A stretch of 64,000 bases of DNA from Adineta vaga (GCA_021613535.1 CP075493.1:10354001-10418000); one strand, 5' to 3'; counted from the first letter of the stretch, positions 38,661-51,033 are shown. The notes: generated by a model from the letters alone, not told the origin. Numbers and translations are program-made.

Positions 38661-41600
38661 TTATGAATCTTTGGAATTCGTTGAATCACCACCAGGATTT
38701 TCGCTATCTAGAAAGAAAGGCAAAATAAATGAATGAATGATTGAAAATAATTCGCATAATAAAAGCATCTACATTTCCCGAAAATAATACAAAAGGAAAA
38801 GGGTGGAGGGAGATGGAGAAAATAAATGATATCCAACACCATGATTTAATGTGTAGAGAATACCTTCCATACGTGTTTTTTCTATGATTGATAGACGTTT
38901 TAAAATATCGTTTTGATCGAGAGGTGTATGTCGTTGTTCCGTATGATTATCATGAAGAAGACTGGAACGACGGTATTCAACATTAACAGTACTCGGTGCA
39001 CTGTTATGATGATGTTCATGATCTTCAGGTATTTCATCTTCATCATTGTAATCATTCGACATATATAATCCATCGAGATTATGTTCATTTGGCGAGAAAG
39101 TAAGTGTATTTGGACGAGGAAGTATTGATTGACTCTGACTACGTGTAATACTTAGTCCACGATCGATTGGTGGTATAAGATTTGAAGCGTTTCTAGATTT
39201 ATGCGAATGATCGACAGAAGAATTTCGAGAGATTCGATCTTGTTCGACGTCTTTTGTAGGTGTAGTATTTTCGTTTAAGTGAGTAGACGATTGAATCGTG
39301 TCATTATCTATTTGTGACGATGAATTTCTACGCTGATCTTCCTTATTCTCTAACATCAGCTGTGATTGACTTTGTTCATTAACAGGAGATACAGAGTGAC
39401 TTTTTCTTTCGATTTGCGCAACGATAGGAGAAGAGGATCCCTTTCTTTGCTGATTTTCTGTAACACTAGGGGAAGGGGATCGACTTCTTTCATCCGTTTG
39501 TTGATGAAGAGGAGACGAGGGTCGACTTCGCTCTTGAATAGTTTCAGTGACAGGTGACGGAGATCGACTTCTTTGTGGTTCCTGTTGAATAACCGGTGAG
39601 ATGGATCTATTACTTGTTTGAGTCTGCTGAAGAATAGGGGATGATGATCGACTGCTTTCTTGCGTCTGTTTCGTCACAGACGGTGATGGAGATCTAGTTC
39701 GATCTTGAATCTGTTCGGCTACGGATGATGAAGAAAGCCGACTTCTGTTTTCAATCTGCGCAACGATTGGAGACGGCGAGCGACTTCTTCGTTGTTCACC
39801 TTGAGTGATTGGTGATGGAGAGCGACTTCTTCGTTGTTCACCTTGAGTGATTGGTGATGGAGAGCGACTTCTTCGTTGTTCACCTTGAGTGATTGGTGAT
39901 GGAGAGCGACTTCTCCTTTCAGGCTGCTTAAGAATAGGAGATGGTGATCGACTTCTTTGTTGATCTTGATTAACGATTGGAGAGGGTGAGCGACTTATGT
40001 TTTCTATATGCGTGTCGATAGGAGAAGAAGATCGACTTCGATCTTGGGTTTGTTCGGTACTTAGCGATGCATGTTGATCTACTTCTGAATTTTGTTCGAC
40101 GATGGGAGATGGTGATCGACTTCTTTGTTGATCTTGATTAATAGGTGACGAAGAAGATCGACTTCTCCGTTGTTCCTGATTAACGATTGGCGAGGGTGAG
40201 CGACTTCTTTGTATATTCTGCTTTGTGTTAGGTGATGGAGATCTACTTCGTTTCTCAACTTGTCCGTCGACAAGTGACGATGATCGACTTTTTTGTTGGT
40301 CCTGATTAACGATTGGAGAGGGTGAGCGACTTCTCCGTTGTTCCTGATTAACGATTAGCGAGGGTGATCGACTTCTTTGTATATTCTGTTTCGTGCTAGG
40401 TGATGGCGATCTACTTCGTTTCTCGACTTGTCCATCGACAAGTGACGATGAACGACTTTTTTGTTGGTGCTGATTAACGATTGGAGAGGGTGAGCGACTT
40501 ATGTTTTCTATATGCGTGTCGATAGGAGAAGAAGATCGACTTCGATCTTGGGTTTGTTCAGTATTTAGCGATGCATGTTGATTTACTTCTGAATTTTGTT
40601 CGACATTAGGTGATGGTGATCGACTTCTTTGTATATTCTGTTTTGTGCTAGGTGATGGCGATCTACTTCGTTTCTCGACTTGTCCGTCGACAACTGACGA
40701 TGAACGACTTTTTTGTTGATCTTGATTAATAAGTGGCGAAGAAGATCGACTTCTCCGTTGTTCCTGATTAACGATTAGCGAGGGTGAGCGACTTCTTTTT
40801 TCGATCTGCGCGCTGATAGGAGAAGAAGATCGACTTCGTTCTTGGGTTTGTTCAGTATTTAGTGATGCATGTCGATTTACTTCTGAATTTTGTTCGACAT
40901 AAGGTGATGGTGATTGGCTTCTTTGTATATTCTGCTTTGTGTTAGGTGATGGAGATCTACTTCGTTTCACAACCTGTCCATCGACAAGTGACGATGAACG
41001 ACTTTTTTGTTGATCTTGATTAACGATTGGCGAGGGTGAGTGACTTCTTTTTTCGACCTCCGTGTTGATAGGAGAAGAAGACTGACTTCGATGTTGAGCT
41101 TGTTCAGTACTTAGCGATGCATGTTGATCTCCTTCCGAATTTTGTTCGACAATGGGGGATGGTGATCGACTTCTTTGTTGATCTTGATTAATAGGTGACG
41201 AAGAAGATCGACTTCTCCGTTGTTCCTGATTAACGATTGGCGAGGGTGAGCGACTTCTTTTTTCTATATGCGTGTCGATAGGAGAAGAAGATCGACTTCC
41301 TTCTTGGGTTTGTTCAGTATTTAGCGATACATGCTGATTTACTTCTGAATTTTGTTCGACATAAGGTGATGGTGATTGGCTTCTTTGTATATTCTGTTTT
41401 GTGTTAGGTGATGGAGATCTGCTTCGTTTCTCAACCTGTCCATCGACAAGTGACGATGAACGACTTTTTTGTTGGTCCTGATTAACGATTGGCGAGGGTG
41501 AGTGACTTCTTTTTTCGACCTCCGTGTTGATAGGAGAAGAAGATCGGCTTCGAACTTGAGTTTGTTCAGTAATTAGTGATGCATGTTGATCTACTTCTGA

Positions 41601-44600
41601 AGTTTGTTCGACATTAGGTGATGGTGATCTATTTCGTTTCTCAACCTGTCCGTCGACACGTGACGATGAACGACTTCTTTGTTGACCCTGATTAACAGAT
41701 GGTGAAGGGGATCTACTTCGGTTTTCGGTTTTTTCAGTAGAAGATGACGGTATTCGACTGATTCGTTGTGTTTGTTCGGAGTTAAATGATGGAGACTGAC
41801 TTCGATCTTGTGTTTGTTCAGTACTAACTGATGTGAATTGATCCACTACGGATTCTTGCTCGATAATAGGCGATGAAGTTCGACTTCTGCTTGCGATCTG
41901 CTCAGTGATAGGTAGAGCAGTACTTGTTTCGTGCGAATCAAATTTGATATCACCAGTATCATGTGTAACCGACTCATCGATAAGCGAATTTTGTTGATTA
42001 TCATCTGTCATCAGAGCTTTGATTTGTAGTTCGTTTGTTGGAGATGGTGAACGTTGTTCAGAAGTAGATGAGTTAACAGAATTCTGATTATTATCTGTGC
42101 TAGAAAGTAGTAGCGCATGATCCTGATGGTTGTGTTCATCATTATTTGCACTCGTTAGTGCTATGAAAGTCGAAGGTGACTTTCGATTTTCTATTGCGTT
42201 ATCAACTTCTTCAATGCGAGCAGATAATGGATGGTTACTCTCCTGATCAACGGTAGTAGGTAATGAGGGTTGTCTATCTGGTTGTTGAGTTGATAGTATA
42301 TCCTCTTTCTGTTGCTGTAATTCATTCAATACGAAACTTCCCGATCGAGATCGAACAGATGAATTTATCATACTGTTTCGACGGCTTGAAATCGGAGATT
42401 TCGGTAAATTAATCTGCTGTTCTTCATCTTTATTGTTGATTATACTGTTGTCAGTAGTGGATATTTTATTATCATCCATCATGAGCGGTGAAGAAGCGGA
42501 TTTTCGAGAAATTAAAACGTCACCGAAAGGGTTGGTGTGGAGGTCATTTTCTGGTAATACTTGTGTCACGTACGAATCTTTCTCAATGATCGATGATGAT
42601 CGAGAAAGAGAATTACTTAGTTCGCTATTCTGTGAATCTATATTCGTCAGAGGTTCATTCGAAGGTGTTCGAACACCTGTCGGTGAAATCGATGTAGTGT
42701 CTGTTTTATTTTGTTGTTCAACAACAGGTGATAAAAGTCTAGGTGGTGATTCGACATTCAGTGGAGAAGAAAATGGTTTATGCGATGTTGGTGTTCTTGT
42801 ACGACCCGGTGGTGGTGTAACAGGAAATGTTAAAGGATGTTGCTGTAAACGTTTTGATGAAGGTGTTGTAGGAGATTGACTTGCTGGAAGAAGATGAGAG
42901 GATATCGTTTGATTCTTTCTCAGACTCTCACTCTTCTCAACTATCAATATTGAAGAAAAAAAAACAACTACTTACTTTGACGTTGAGCTACTGGTGTATT
43001 GCTGCCAGTTGGAGTGACTGCACCACCTGATTTTCTCGTTAGAAGACTGTTAAAGAAATTGGCTAATGCACCTTCGTTTGCTGCTGCAGTTGCACTGCCA
43101 GGTGTTGTACTCTGCAAAGAAAAACAACCTTATTTAGATTTCGACAAACTACAATTTATTTTTACTGGTTGATTTCGTGGTCGTCCAGCAACGGATGGTG
43201 TTTGTGAACCAACAGCACTACTCACACCTGATGCACGCGTCAATACAGGTGTTGCTGTTTCATCCTATGAAAAACTTCATTATAAAAAAAGTAGTTTATT
43301 CACACATCAACTCACTGCTCTGCCAGGCGATGCAGCTCGATTCAGTGTTAATTGAAGTTTTGATAAAAATTCTTGATCATCTTCAGCTGCAACAATTTCA
43401 TTATCACGTTGTAGTGGCTAGAGTAATGATCATTACGATAGTAATTATATAAAGAAATATGAAACCTTACTCTTCGAATAACAGGTTTGACAAAAACATC
43501 TGAATAATTATCTGTTGATTTCAATCGATGCAGATTTTCTAATAGGATATCAGCTTTCTTTGGATTATCCCAACCAGCTGGTATAAAGATTGCGTCACGT
43601 TCAACAATCGCAGCTGTTGATGTAAATGGATAACCATAACATTTATGAACAATATATTTATATAATTTATCAATATTTTTTTTCTCTTTCACAGATGTAT
43701 AAAATAAAGCAGCACCATCTAAATAATCAAAATTACATGCCTTTGAAATAGTAGCTCGTCCGCATAGTTTACTTACATTCTAAACAAAACTTTCGTAAAT
43801 GATGTTGCATAAAATCGAAATATTCATCTTTATAATCATTTTCTTTTTCTAATGTTGGCATGGCATCACACTAAAAGAAAAGAAAAGAAATGAATTATAT
43901 TGACTAGCAGAGTAAATCTATTCTACTTTGGTAATAACAACAATAACTGTAATACCAAGTGATTTGGTTAGTACACCATCGGCAAGTGGTAGAACAACTT
44001 GTTCTTCACCATTCGTCGTTGGACTTAATGTTGATGTTGATGCCAGAGAAACTGATGAAATAGAATTTGGAACACGACTACCACCTGTACCACTTTTAAG
44101 TGTTGTCGACGATGTCGATGATGTTAACATTATTGATGTATCATTCGGTTCAACATAATGTTGAAATTCATATTGAAGACGATCACGCATGTCTCGTAAA
44201 CGTATTGGATCAATTTTTAATCGATCAATATGTTCTTCGATCAATGCTGTCCATTTCTTTAATGTTGATAATAATGACCATGGATGAGTCATACTTGCAA
44301 CAAGAATTAAAATCGTATTCTCTAATGTATCAGATTTAATGGCAAATTTTAATAGAGGAGCAGAACATGCGACATCACCATCAAGAATCCATACACCGAG
44401 TTTGGGTGTATCTATTGAAATGAAATAATAAGAAATAAGGTACATCTCTGACAGAAAAAGAACGACGATGAAATAGATTACCATCTCGATCATCATCTTT
44501 AACATCGATATAATGATATTCAAGACCAGCACCTCGTTTAGGATCATCATTGCCTTGTAATTTTGCTACTAATGTTGTTCGACCACTTTCATTATCACCA

Positions 44601-44804
44601 AGAACTACTAGAGATTTCGTTGCTGGTGCTTTCTTTGTCGATGATTTGACATCACGTAATATCGAAGCCCTATTTAGAATAAATACAATTTTGGAATCTA
44701 ACAAATATCAATCGTTAATCTCACCAGATACTTGGTTTTTCTTCAGCATCAGTTCCATTCTCAACGGTTGAATGAGGTTCGTTAACGATGGCTTGCTTTG
44801 TCAT
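38661..44804 (-). CDS. DYNC1LI: Cytoplasmic dynein 1 light intermediate chain, with putative giant RS-repeat cassette exon
   Basis: [50 protein letters not shown], adaptor-binding helix [12 protein letters not shown]. Donor GTAAGT at 42975. Terminal exon 38707-38661 is in the same phase. Confidence 0.85.
39400..41900 (-). repeat. Coding tandem repeat, ~42 nt/14 aa RSRSPSP units with higher-order duplications
   Basis: Dozens of R-S-R-S-[PS]-S-P units in the 1392-aa ORF; near-perfect 42-nt triplication at ~39781-39912 ([14 protein letters not shown]); recurring multi-unit blocks. Confidence 0.95.
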
Positions 44805-46072
44805 CGTCTAAATCTTGTTTCTATAATGAAGAGCAGAGAGAAATATAGTTTGAAAAAATATTGTTGAAAGTAACAGCAGCTGTATTTCATCAAGGCCCGA
44901 AAAATATGAATAGATGATAGATATAAATGAGAAGAAAAGCTGGTGCAGAGAACGTTTTATTTTCGACTTACTGATGTTACAATAAACGATGATGGATGGA
45001 CAATTTCAGATTCACAGATTCAGAAGAAGAAAAAAGGGAGCACATTTGGGAATGTTATCAATGGTTAATTTTACTTCACCAATAGGAATACCTAATGTAT
45101 CCTCTCTTCTTTCTACAATGAATCTATAACAATAGGATAAAAGAATAACCAATGAGATCTGATTTCGTACATAAACCGATAAACTATCATTATTAATCTT
45201 AAAAAAATATGAGACATCAATTCAATATTATATTTGTTTTTGTTATGTTTCATTTTCATACATGCTATAGTAGATCTTTACTATCAAAGAATATAGAAAA
45301 ATTGAATTAATGGCGAGCTATTCAGTTTTGCATTTAAAAAAGTAGTAAAGAGACGAAATGAATGAATTCAAGGTGTGTTTATACAGCGATGTTTTTATTG
45401 TTGGAAATCATAATTCTGCATCCAAATTGTTATGTATACAGGCAATAGCTTCCATTTTGTTGCAATGTTTAACTATTGAAAAACTGCATCAGAAAATTAC
45501 TTAAAACGATTGTTGTTTTGCAGCGATAGAAAGATATACAAATGAATGCAATTCATACATAAGAGTTGTGAGAGAGAGTGCTTTGCTTTGACAACCATCA
45601 CTGTCTGAGTAAACGAACACAAAGAGGTCTTTGGCATTGCAAAAAATGTTATTTTTCGCCGATTCATCATTCTTTACAACACATTCATAACATTATTTTT
45701 GGGAATTTATTCGAAGAAATTTAACAACTAAAACAGTAAGTTTACAGATATATCTAAACATTATGTTCAAAGTGAACAAGTTCTAGCTGTGTCTTGAAGA
45801 TACGGTGAATGTTGGGAAGATTTCATTGAAGGATTTATACGAGAAAAAATTTGTTTGATTAACAGATTTTTCCGCATTGTAAAGCTCACGCGTACAAGAA
45901 TCTTGAGGGTGTATACATAGATAGTTTGGACCGTTGACTAGATGCGAAAAATATTAGATCATACAATTTAGCAACGACACATTTTTTGACAATCTCAATA
46001 AGATACTTTTCTTCACTATTGTAGAGGTTGATCATATTATAATACTATTAAACAAATTACACGCTACACGAT

Positions 46073-49000
46073 ATGGCTGCAGGTGATGGAGGAGAAGCTC
46101 TTGCTCAACGTGTTCTACGTATAACTGATATTGCTGATGAACCTCTCGAATTTCTTGCACCTATTAGTGGTTATGCTAAGGTACCATTGGTTTCACTCGA
46201 AGAAGCAGTAGAACCACTTGTTCCTATTCTACCAGAAGTTCAAAGTCATGCATATGTGGCTAAACAACGATGTAAGAAACCTGCTGATGATTTGACACAA
46301 GATGAATCTGCTTCCATCATGCTCTATACGATGGGATGGGAACCATTGAATGAATGTCTCTATACTGTTCTCAATGAAACATTACGATCTTCTGATCGAC
46401 AACAAAAACTCAAACCATGGTATCTTTACTTGAGACTTTTTCTCAATGCATTGTTTCGACTACCACCGCTTCACAAAAAAGCTTACCGAGGTGTCAAATT
46501 AGACATGACGGGAAAATATATCGAAGGAGAAACAGTAGTTTGGTGGGGGTTTTCATCCTGTACTGTTGCTCTTAGTGTCCTTCAATCAGAACAATTCTTA
46601 GGAAAAACAGGTGTTCGAACAATCTTCAATGTAGAATGTGAATCAGCAAGAGATATTCGTAAACATTCTTATTTTGCAGCTGAAGACGAAGTATTGCTTC
46701 TTGCTGCCACTCAATTTCGAGTTAGTGGTATCCTTGACCAAGGCAGTCTTCATATCATTGAACTAAGAGGAACGCAACCACCATTTCCATTATTACAACC
46801 AATATCAGTTATTACTGTTCAACCAAAGAATCTTGCAACAGCAGGTAAATAAAAATAAGATTTTGAGCCAATAGATCAGAGCAAACTGGAATTGTAGCAT
46901 ATAATAAACATGGATAATAAAGTGTACATCATTCTCATGAGTTTCACTAGTAAAAGTACAATCAAACCGACTCAAAAAGTTGAAACATAAAGTCCTTCCA
47001 ATGAGTTAGATTGGTGAGATATAATGAGAATATTGTGTTTCCATAAGTAATAGAAACGTTTTACATATTCGACTCAAACCTTTATTGTGATGAAGTTATT
47101 CTTCTTTGAAAGTGCAAATATAGCAGTAGAAGTGCACTGTTGTGTACTTCTCATGTCCATTGATGTTATCCAGTACACTAATGGTTTAATGAGTGATATG
47201 AATAATGTTCTCAAAGATCTAATAAAAGAGACTGTTGATTTGTGATAGTATTTCGTTTTCTATATGCCGTGTCAAGTTAGAACAAATGAATATCTGTATT
47301 GTAAATGACAAAACACCTACTATCACTGATAACGTCTATTTGAGAGTTTTCATCTTTGTACAGATTCAACTTCAAACATAAAATCGACAGCTGCTACAAA
47401 TAAACTCACAACTTCGTCCACAGCACAACCAATAATCAAGAAACTACCCAAACCTTTATATCAAAATGCTTCACTAGAAAAACTTATTGCTGATCAGAAA
47501 GACAAATCTAAATTAAACTTAAGCCGGAAAAATCTGACTGCGGAAGATATAGAAATAGTGGCTTATTATTGTATACAAGAGAACAAAGTGAGTAACATTC
47601 GTTTTCGTGAAACTATTTAAGGAAAACCAGAATTCACAGAAGTAGATGCCATTTATAGTGGAATACAAATGCAGATATAGTTCATTCGATAGAGTTTTTT
47701 TCATCTCATCAGTAGATCGATTATGTTTCATAGTAGAAATTGTGTCAGAATTGCATTTTTTGAAGTCATCATCTCAATTCTTTGTAGTATTGCAAATGAA
47801 AGTGTATATTGTGAAAATGTTGGTGTATAAGTTGATATCGTTGAGATGAGTCGGTTGTGTTTTCAAAGAGTAGGCTATAAGAATTGAATTTTTGATTCGA
47901 AATGAAGATACTTAGAATCTAATTTGTATTTCAAATATACTTCTTTGACTTAATGAAAATGCTGTTAGGTTTGATGATCATGTTCTAGAAGATGTTTGCT
48001 AGTCGAAGAGATCTTGTGAACAAACGTCATCCACTATAGAATATGAAGTAGACAGATGTTAGAGTTTTGTAGAGTTGTGTACTCTATATGTGATGAATAT
48101 TTTTATTAGGTGTATAATATGTTAGGAATTCAATTGAAATATTTGACAAGACTAGTTTTCATCATTGAGTAATCCATAGTGAAGTCGATCTCTGTTTGCA
48201 TTTTGAATTCTATCAAAAATACGTTGATTAACATGTTGAGTAGTTTTTATGCATTGACATAGAATCGATGCACATATCTGAGTAGTTAATGAACTGCTAT
48301 AACATATATCATACACATTCGGTATGATCAACATTAACTTTTGTTTATTTTATATTTTTGGGCAACGCTATATCATGCATATAAGACATTTTAATATCGT
48401 GCGCTATCAAAAGTATTGTTTTACATGTTCTATCTATGCATATATTTGACTTTCTATAATAATATTCTGAGAAGATATCCAAAAGTTGAGAATTCTGTTT
48501 AAAAGATGTTTTGTGTTGAAGAAAGAAACAGCGTTTGAATGAGACATTTGTTGTTATCACAACAATATGTTTGGAATCTGAATAGCATACAGAATTGTCA
48601 GAAAGTGTAGCAATAACTATCTATTTTCAAATTAATTGTCTTAGTCTTTGAGATTCGCGGGTAGAACAAATGAAAGTTGAGTGAAGTTTTGAAAAATGTT
48701 AAATAATGAATAAACAGGCGGCAGATGTTTTTTAAAAAAGACGGATTTGTTCAGGAATCAAATGCAGACATGTGACGTTTGACTTTTGAATCTGTTAACT
48801 CTGAAACTATGATATGTGTTATCATTTCAATTTCTAATATGAGTGATAATTGAAACTTGACTAAACAGTACAATGATAACTATTGGTTCGAATAAGGAAA
48901 AAGATTACTCATAATTATATTGCAATTGCTAATCATTATTTGTGCTCTTCTGATACGGAATCGTGAGAGAAGTCATGTCCCTGTCTTTCTGTAGTCGATT

Positions 49001-51033
49001 AAACAGTATATTTGTATGATATTTGTACAATCCATTTCCTTGCAACGTTCTAATACATATTTTCTTATTGCTAGTTGTACATGTCATTATATGTACGAAA
49101 TGTATTTGTATAGCGCAAGTTTTCAAGACACTTTCTTTTTCTCTGATTCGATTATGTGACGATGTATTCGATGATATAGATTCATATTCTGTCAATAGTT
49201 GTGATTTGAAAGTATGAGCAGACGAATTTCAACTAAATCGACCAACTATGATCCGTATATTTATTTGTAGATGCAGAATATGCATCATTTATTGTCATAA
49301 AGGGTGCTATCTATCTTGTGATATCGAAGTGTTTACTGCATGATTCTTTGGAAGAGGATATTTATGATCAAGGTCGATTGTTTCGTGGAAGAAATGACCC
49401 AATCTACAGTGCATGATTTCTCCGTCGGTTCTTTAAATAAAATAAATATCGAGAAATTCAGATTTGATGATTATAATGTGAAATCATAATTTTACCCACC
49501 TCTAACAGAAATTATAATTCACATATCACATGGAAATCTATGTGTATAAAGTGGTCGAGCATAACATTTGAGAGAGTATTATTGTGTGTTTCCCTAGGTT
49601 CATATTGTTGGTATTAGAAAGATCCTATATTGTTTCAGGCAACTGTAGATTTTTCACAATAGTTGAACTGTTCTTATTCATGTCTATTTTGAAATTCTGA
49701 AAGAAGTGTGTTGAGTCTAGGTGTTAAAGTTAGGCAAGAAGCATCCTGATCGGTTAGTTACTATGGAATTTTTTAATGGAAATATGCTACACTAACTGGT
49801 TGTATGTAATGTTGACCTTTGAGATTCCTAAGAAGGATTATTCTCACTCATTAAGTCAACAATTGAGTGAGTGGTAGACCGTCAACTGTCCCGTATGTCA
49901 CGTACTAATGAAGCTTATCCTGACACCTGAATATTGATATCCCAATTCCTATCTCTCGATAATGATAGGATGATGCATATTGCAACTATTTTAGAAACGA
50001 CACATGTATTCCCTCTCGTATCAAGAAATATTTAGTTTCAGTTCATAAATCATCGAATTCCACCGGAGCAAACTTTATCTCATCCATAAACTAAGTTCTA
50101 GATGACTTAGACGTTGTCTTAATACACTGACCAAGATGGATCACAGTGATTGTTCAGAGAACCGAAATGATTAATTATGACTAAGCATCGTAGCCATTGT
50201 ATAACCAGGACAATAATGTTACTATTTCTAGCTACTTTCTTAACAGAGCGACTAACACATCCTAGTATAGTTCTATGATAGAATACGGTGCGTCCAATGT
50301 TGTTTCCATCTCTCCCTCTTTCATGCTACTATTGCTCATTTCATTCAGACACTCACCACACTCAACCTCTCCGGCAGTCGAATCGGAGAGAAGGATGCAC
50401 AACATCTGGGGGATGCATTACGGCAAAACACGGTGAGTCCAATAGTGTTTCCGTCTCTGCCTCTTTCATGCTACTATTGCTCATTTCATTCAGACACTCA
50501 CGGCACTCGATCTCTCCTCGACTGAAATCGGAGAGAAGGGTGCGCAACATATGAGCGATGCATTACGACACAACACGGTGAGTCCAATAGTGTTTCCGTC
50601 TCTGCCTCTTTCATGCTACTATTGCTCATTTCATTCAGACACTCACCACACTCTACCTCCATGACAATCAAATCGGAGACAAGGGTGCACAATATGTGGG
50701 GGATGCATTACGAGACAACACGGTGAGTCCAACGGTGTTTCCGTCTCTCCCTCTTACATGCTACTATTGCTCATTTCATTCAGACACTCACCGCACTCAG
50801 CCTCGCCAGGAATCAAATCGGAGATGCAGGTGCATAATATGTGGGGGATGCATTACGAGACAACACGGTGAGTCCAACGGTGTTTCCATCTCTCCTTCTT
50901 ACATGCTACTATTGCTCATTTCATTCAGACACTCACCACACTCAACCTTAGACGCAATCAAATCGGAGAGAAGGGTGCAGAATACTGGAAAGGTACGATG
51001 AAGCGAAATGAAAACCTGGATGTATACTATTGA
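46073..51033 (+). CDS. ADP-ribosyltransferase (R-S-E class) fused by splicing to ribonuclease-inhibitor-type LRRs; premature stop in LRR exon 4
   Basis: Exon 46073-46844 encodes the ART (AYRG, WWGFSSCT, AEDEVLL). Linker exon 47364-47587 (phase 1 to 0). LRR exons 50349-50432, 50494-50577, 50639-50722, 50784-50867 and 50929-51033. All junctions are GT-AG and phase-compatible. Confidence 0.82.
50281..50985 (+). repeat. 145-bp tandem repeat: 84-nt LRR exon + 61-nt intron, ~5 copies
   Basis: Unit ACACTCAC...AACACG|GTGAGTCC...CATGCTACTATTGCTCATTTCATTCAG with period exactly 145 nt; visibly more GC-rich than the flanks. Confidence 0.95.

Noticed and set aside
42433-42879. 148-aa plus-strand ORF (and similar ones at 43928, 53442, 56692)
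   Set aside because: Antisense shadows of real minus-strand coding exons, with no recognisable motifs.
38769-42947. Stand-alone SR/SRRM-type splicing factor
   Set aside because: No ATG start, no promoter space, no RRM/PWI/cwf21 domain, and flanking splice sites are in phase with dynein LIC.
47700-50280. Identifiable transposon (LTR/Penelope/DNA element)
   Set aside because: I see no terminal repeats, TSD, RT or transposase motifs; left as an unexplained block.
50281-50985. CRISPR-like array (conserved repeats with variable spacers)
   Set aside because: The conserved part is a GT-AG intron and the 'spacers' are homologous 84-nt in-frame LRR exons. The context is eukaryotic and there are no cas genes.
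50288-51001. ORF-track proteins at 50288, 50362, 50498 and 50696
   Set aside because: These are read-through translations of introns in wrong frames or antisense; the spliced LRR frame explains the sequence.
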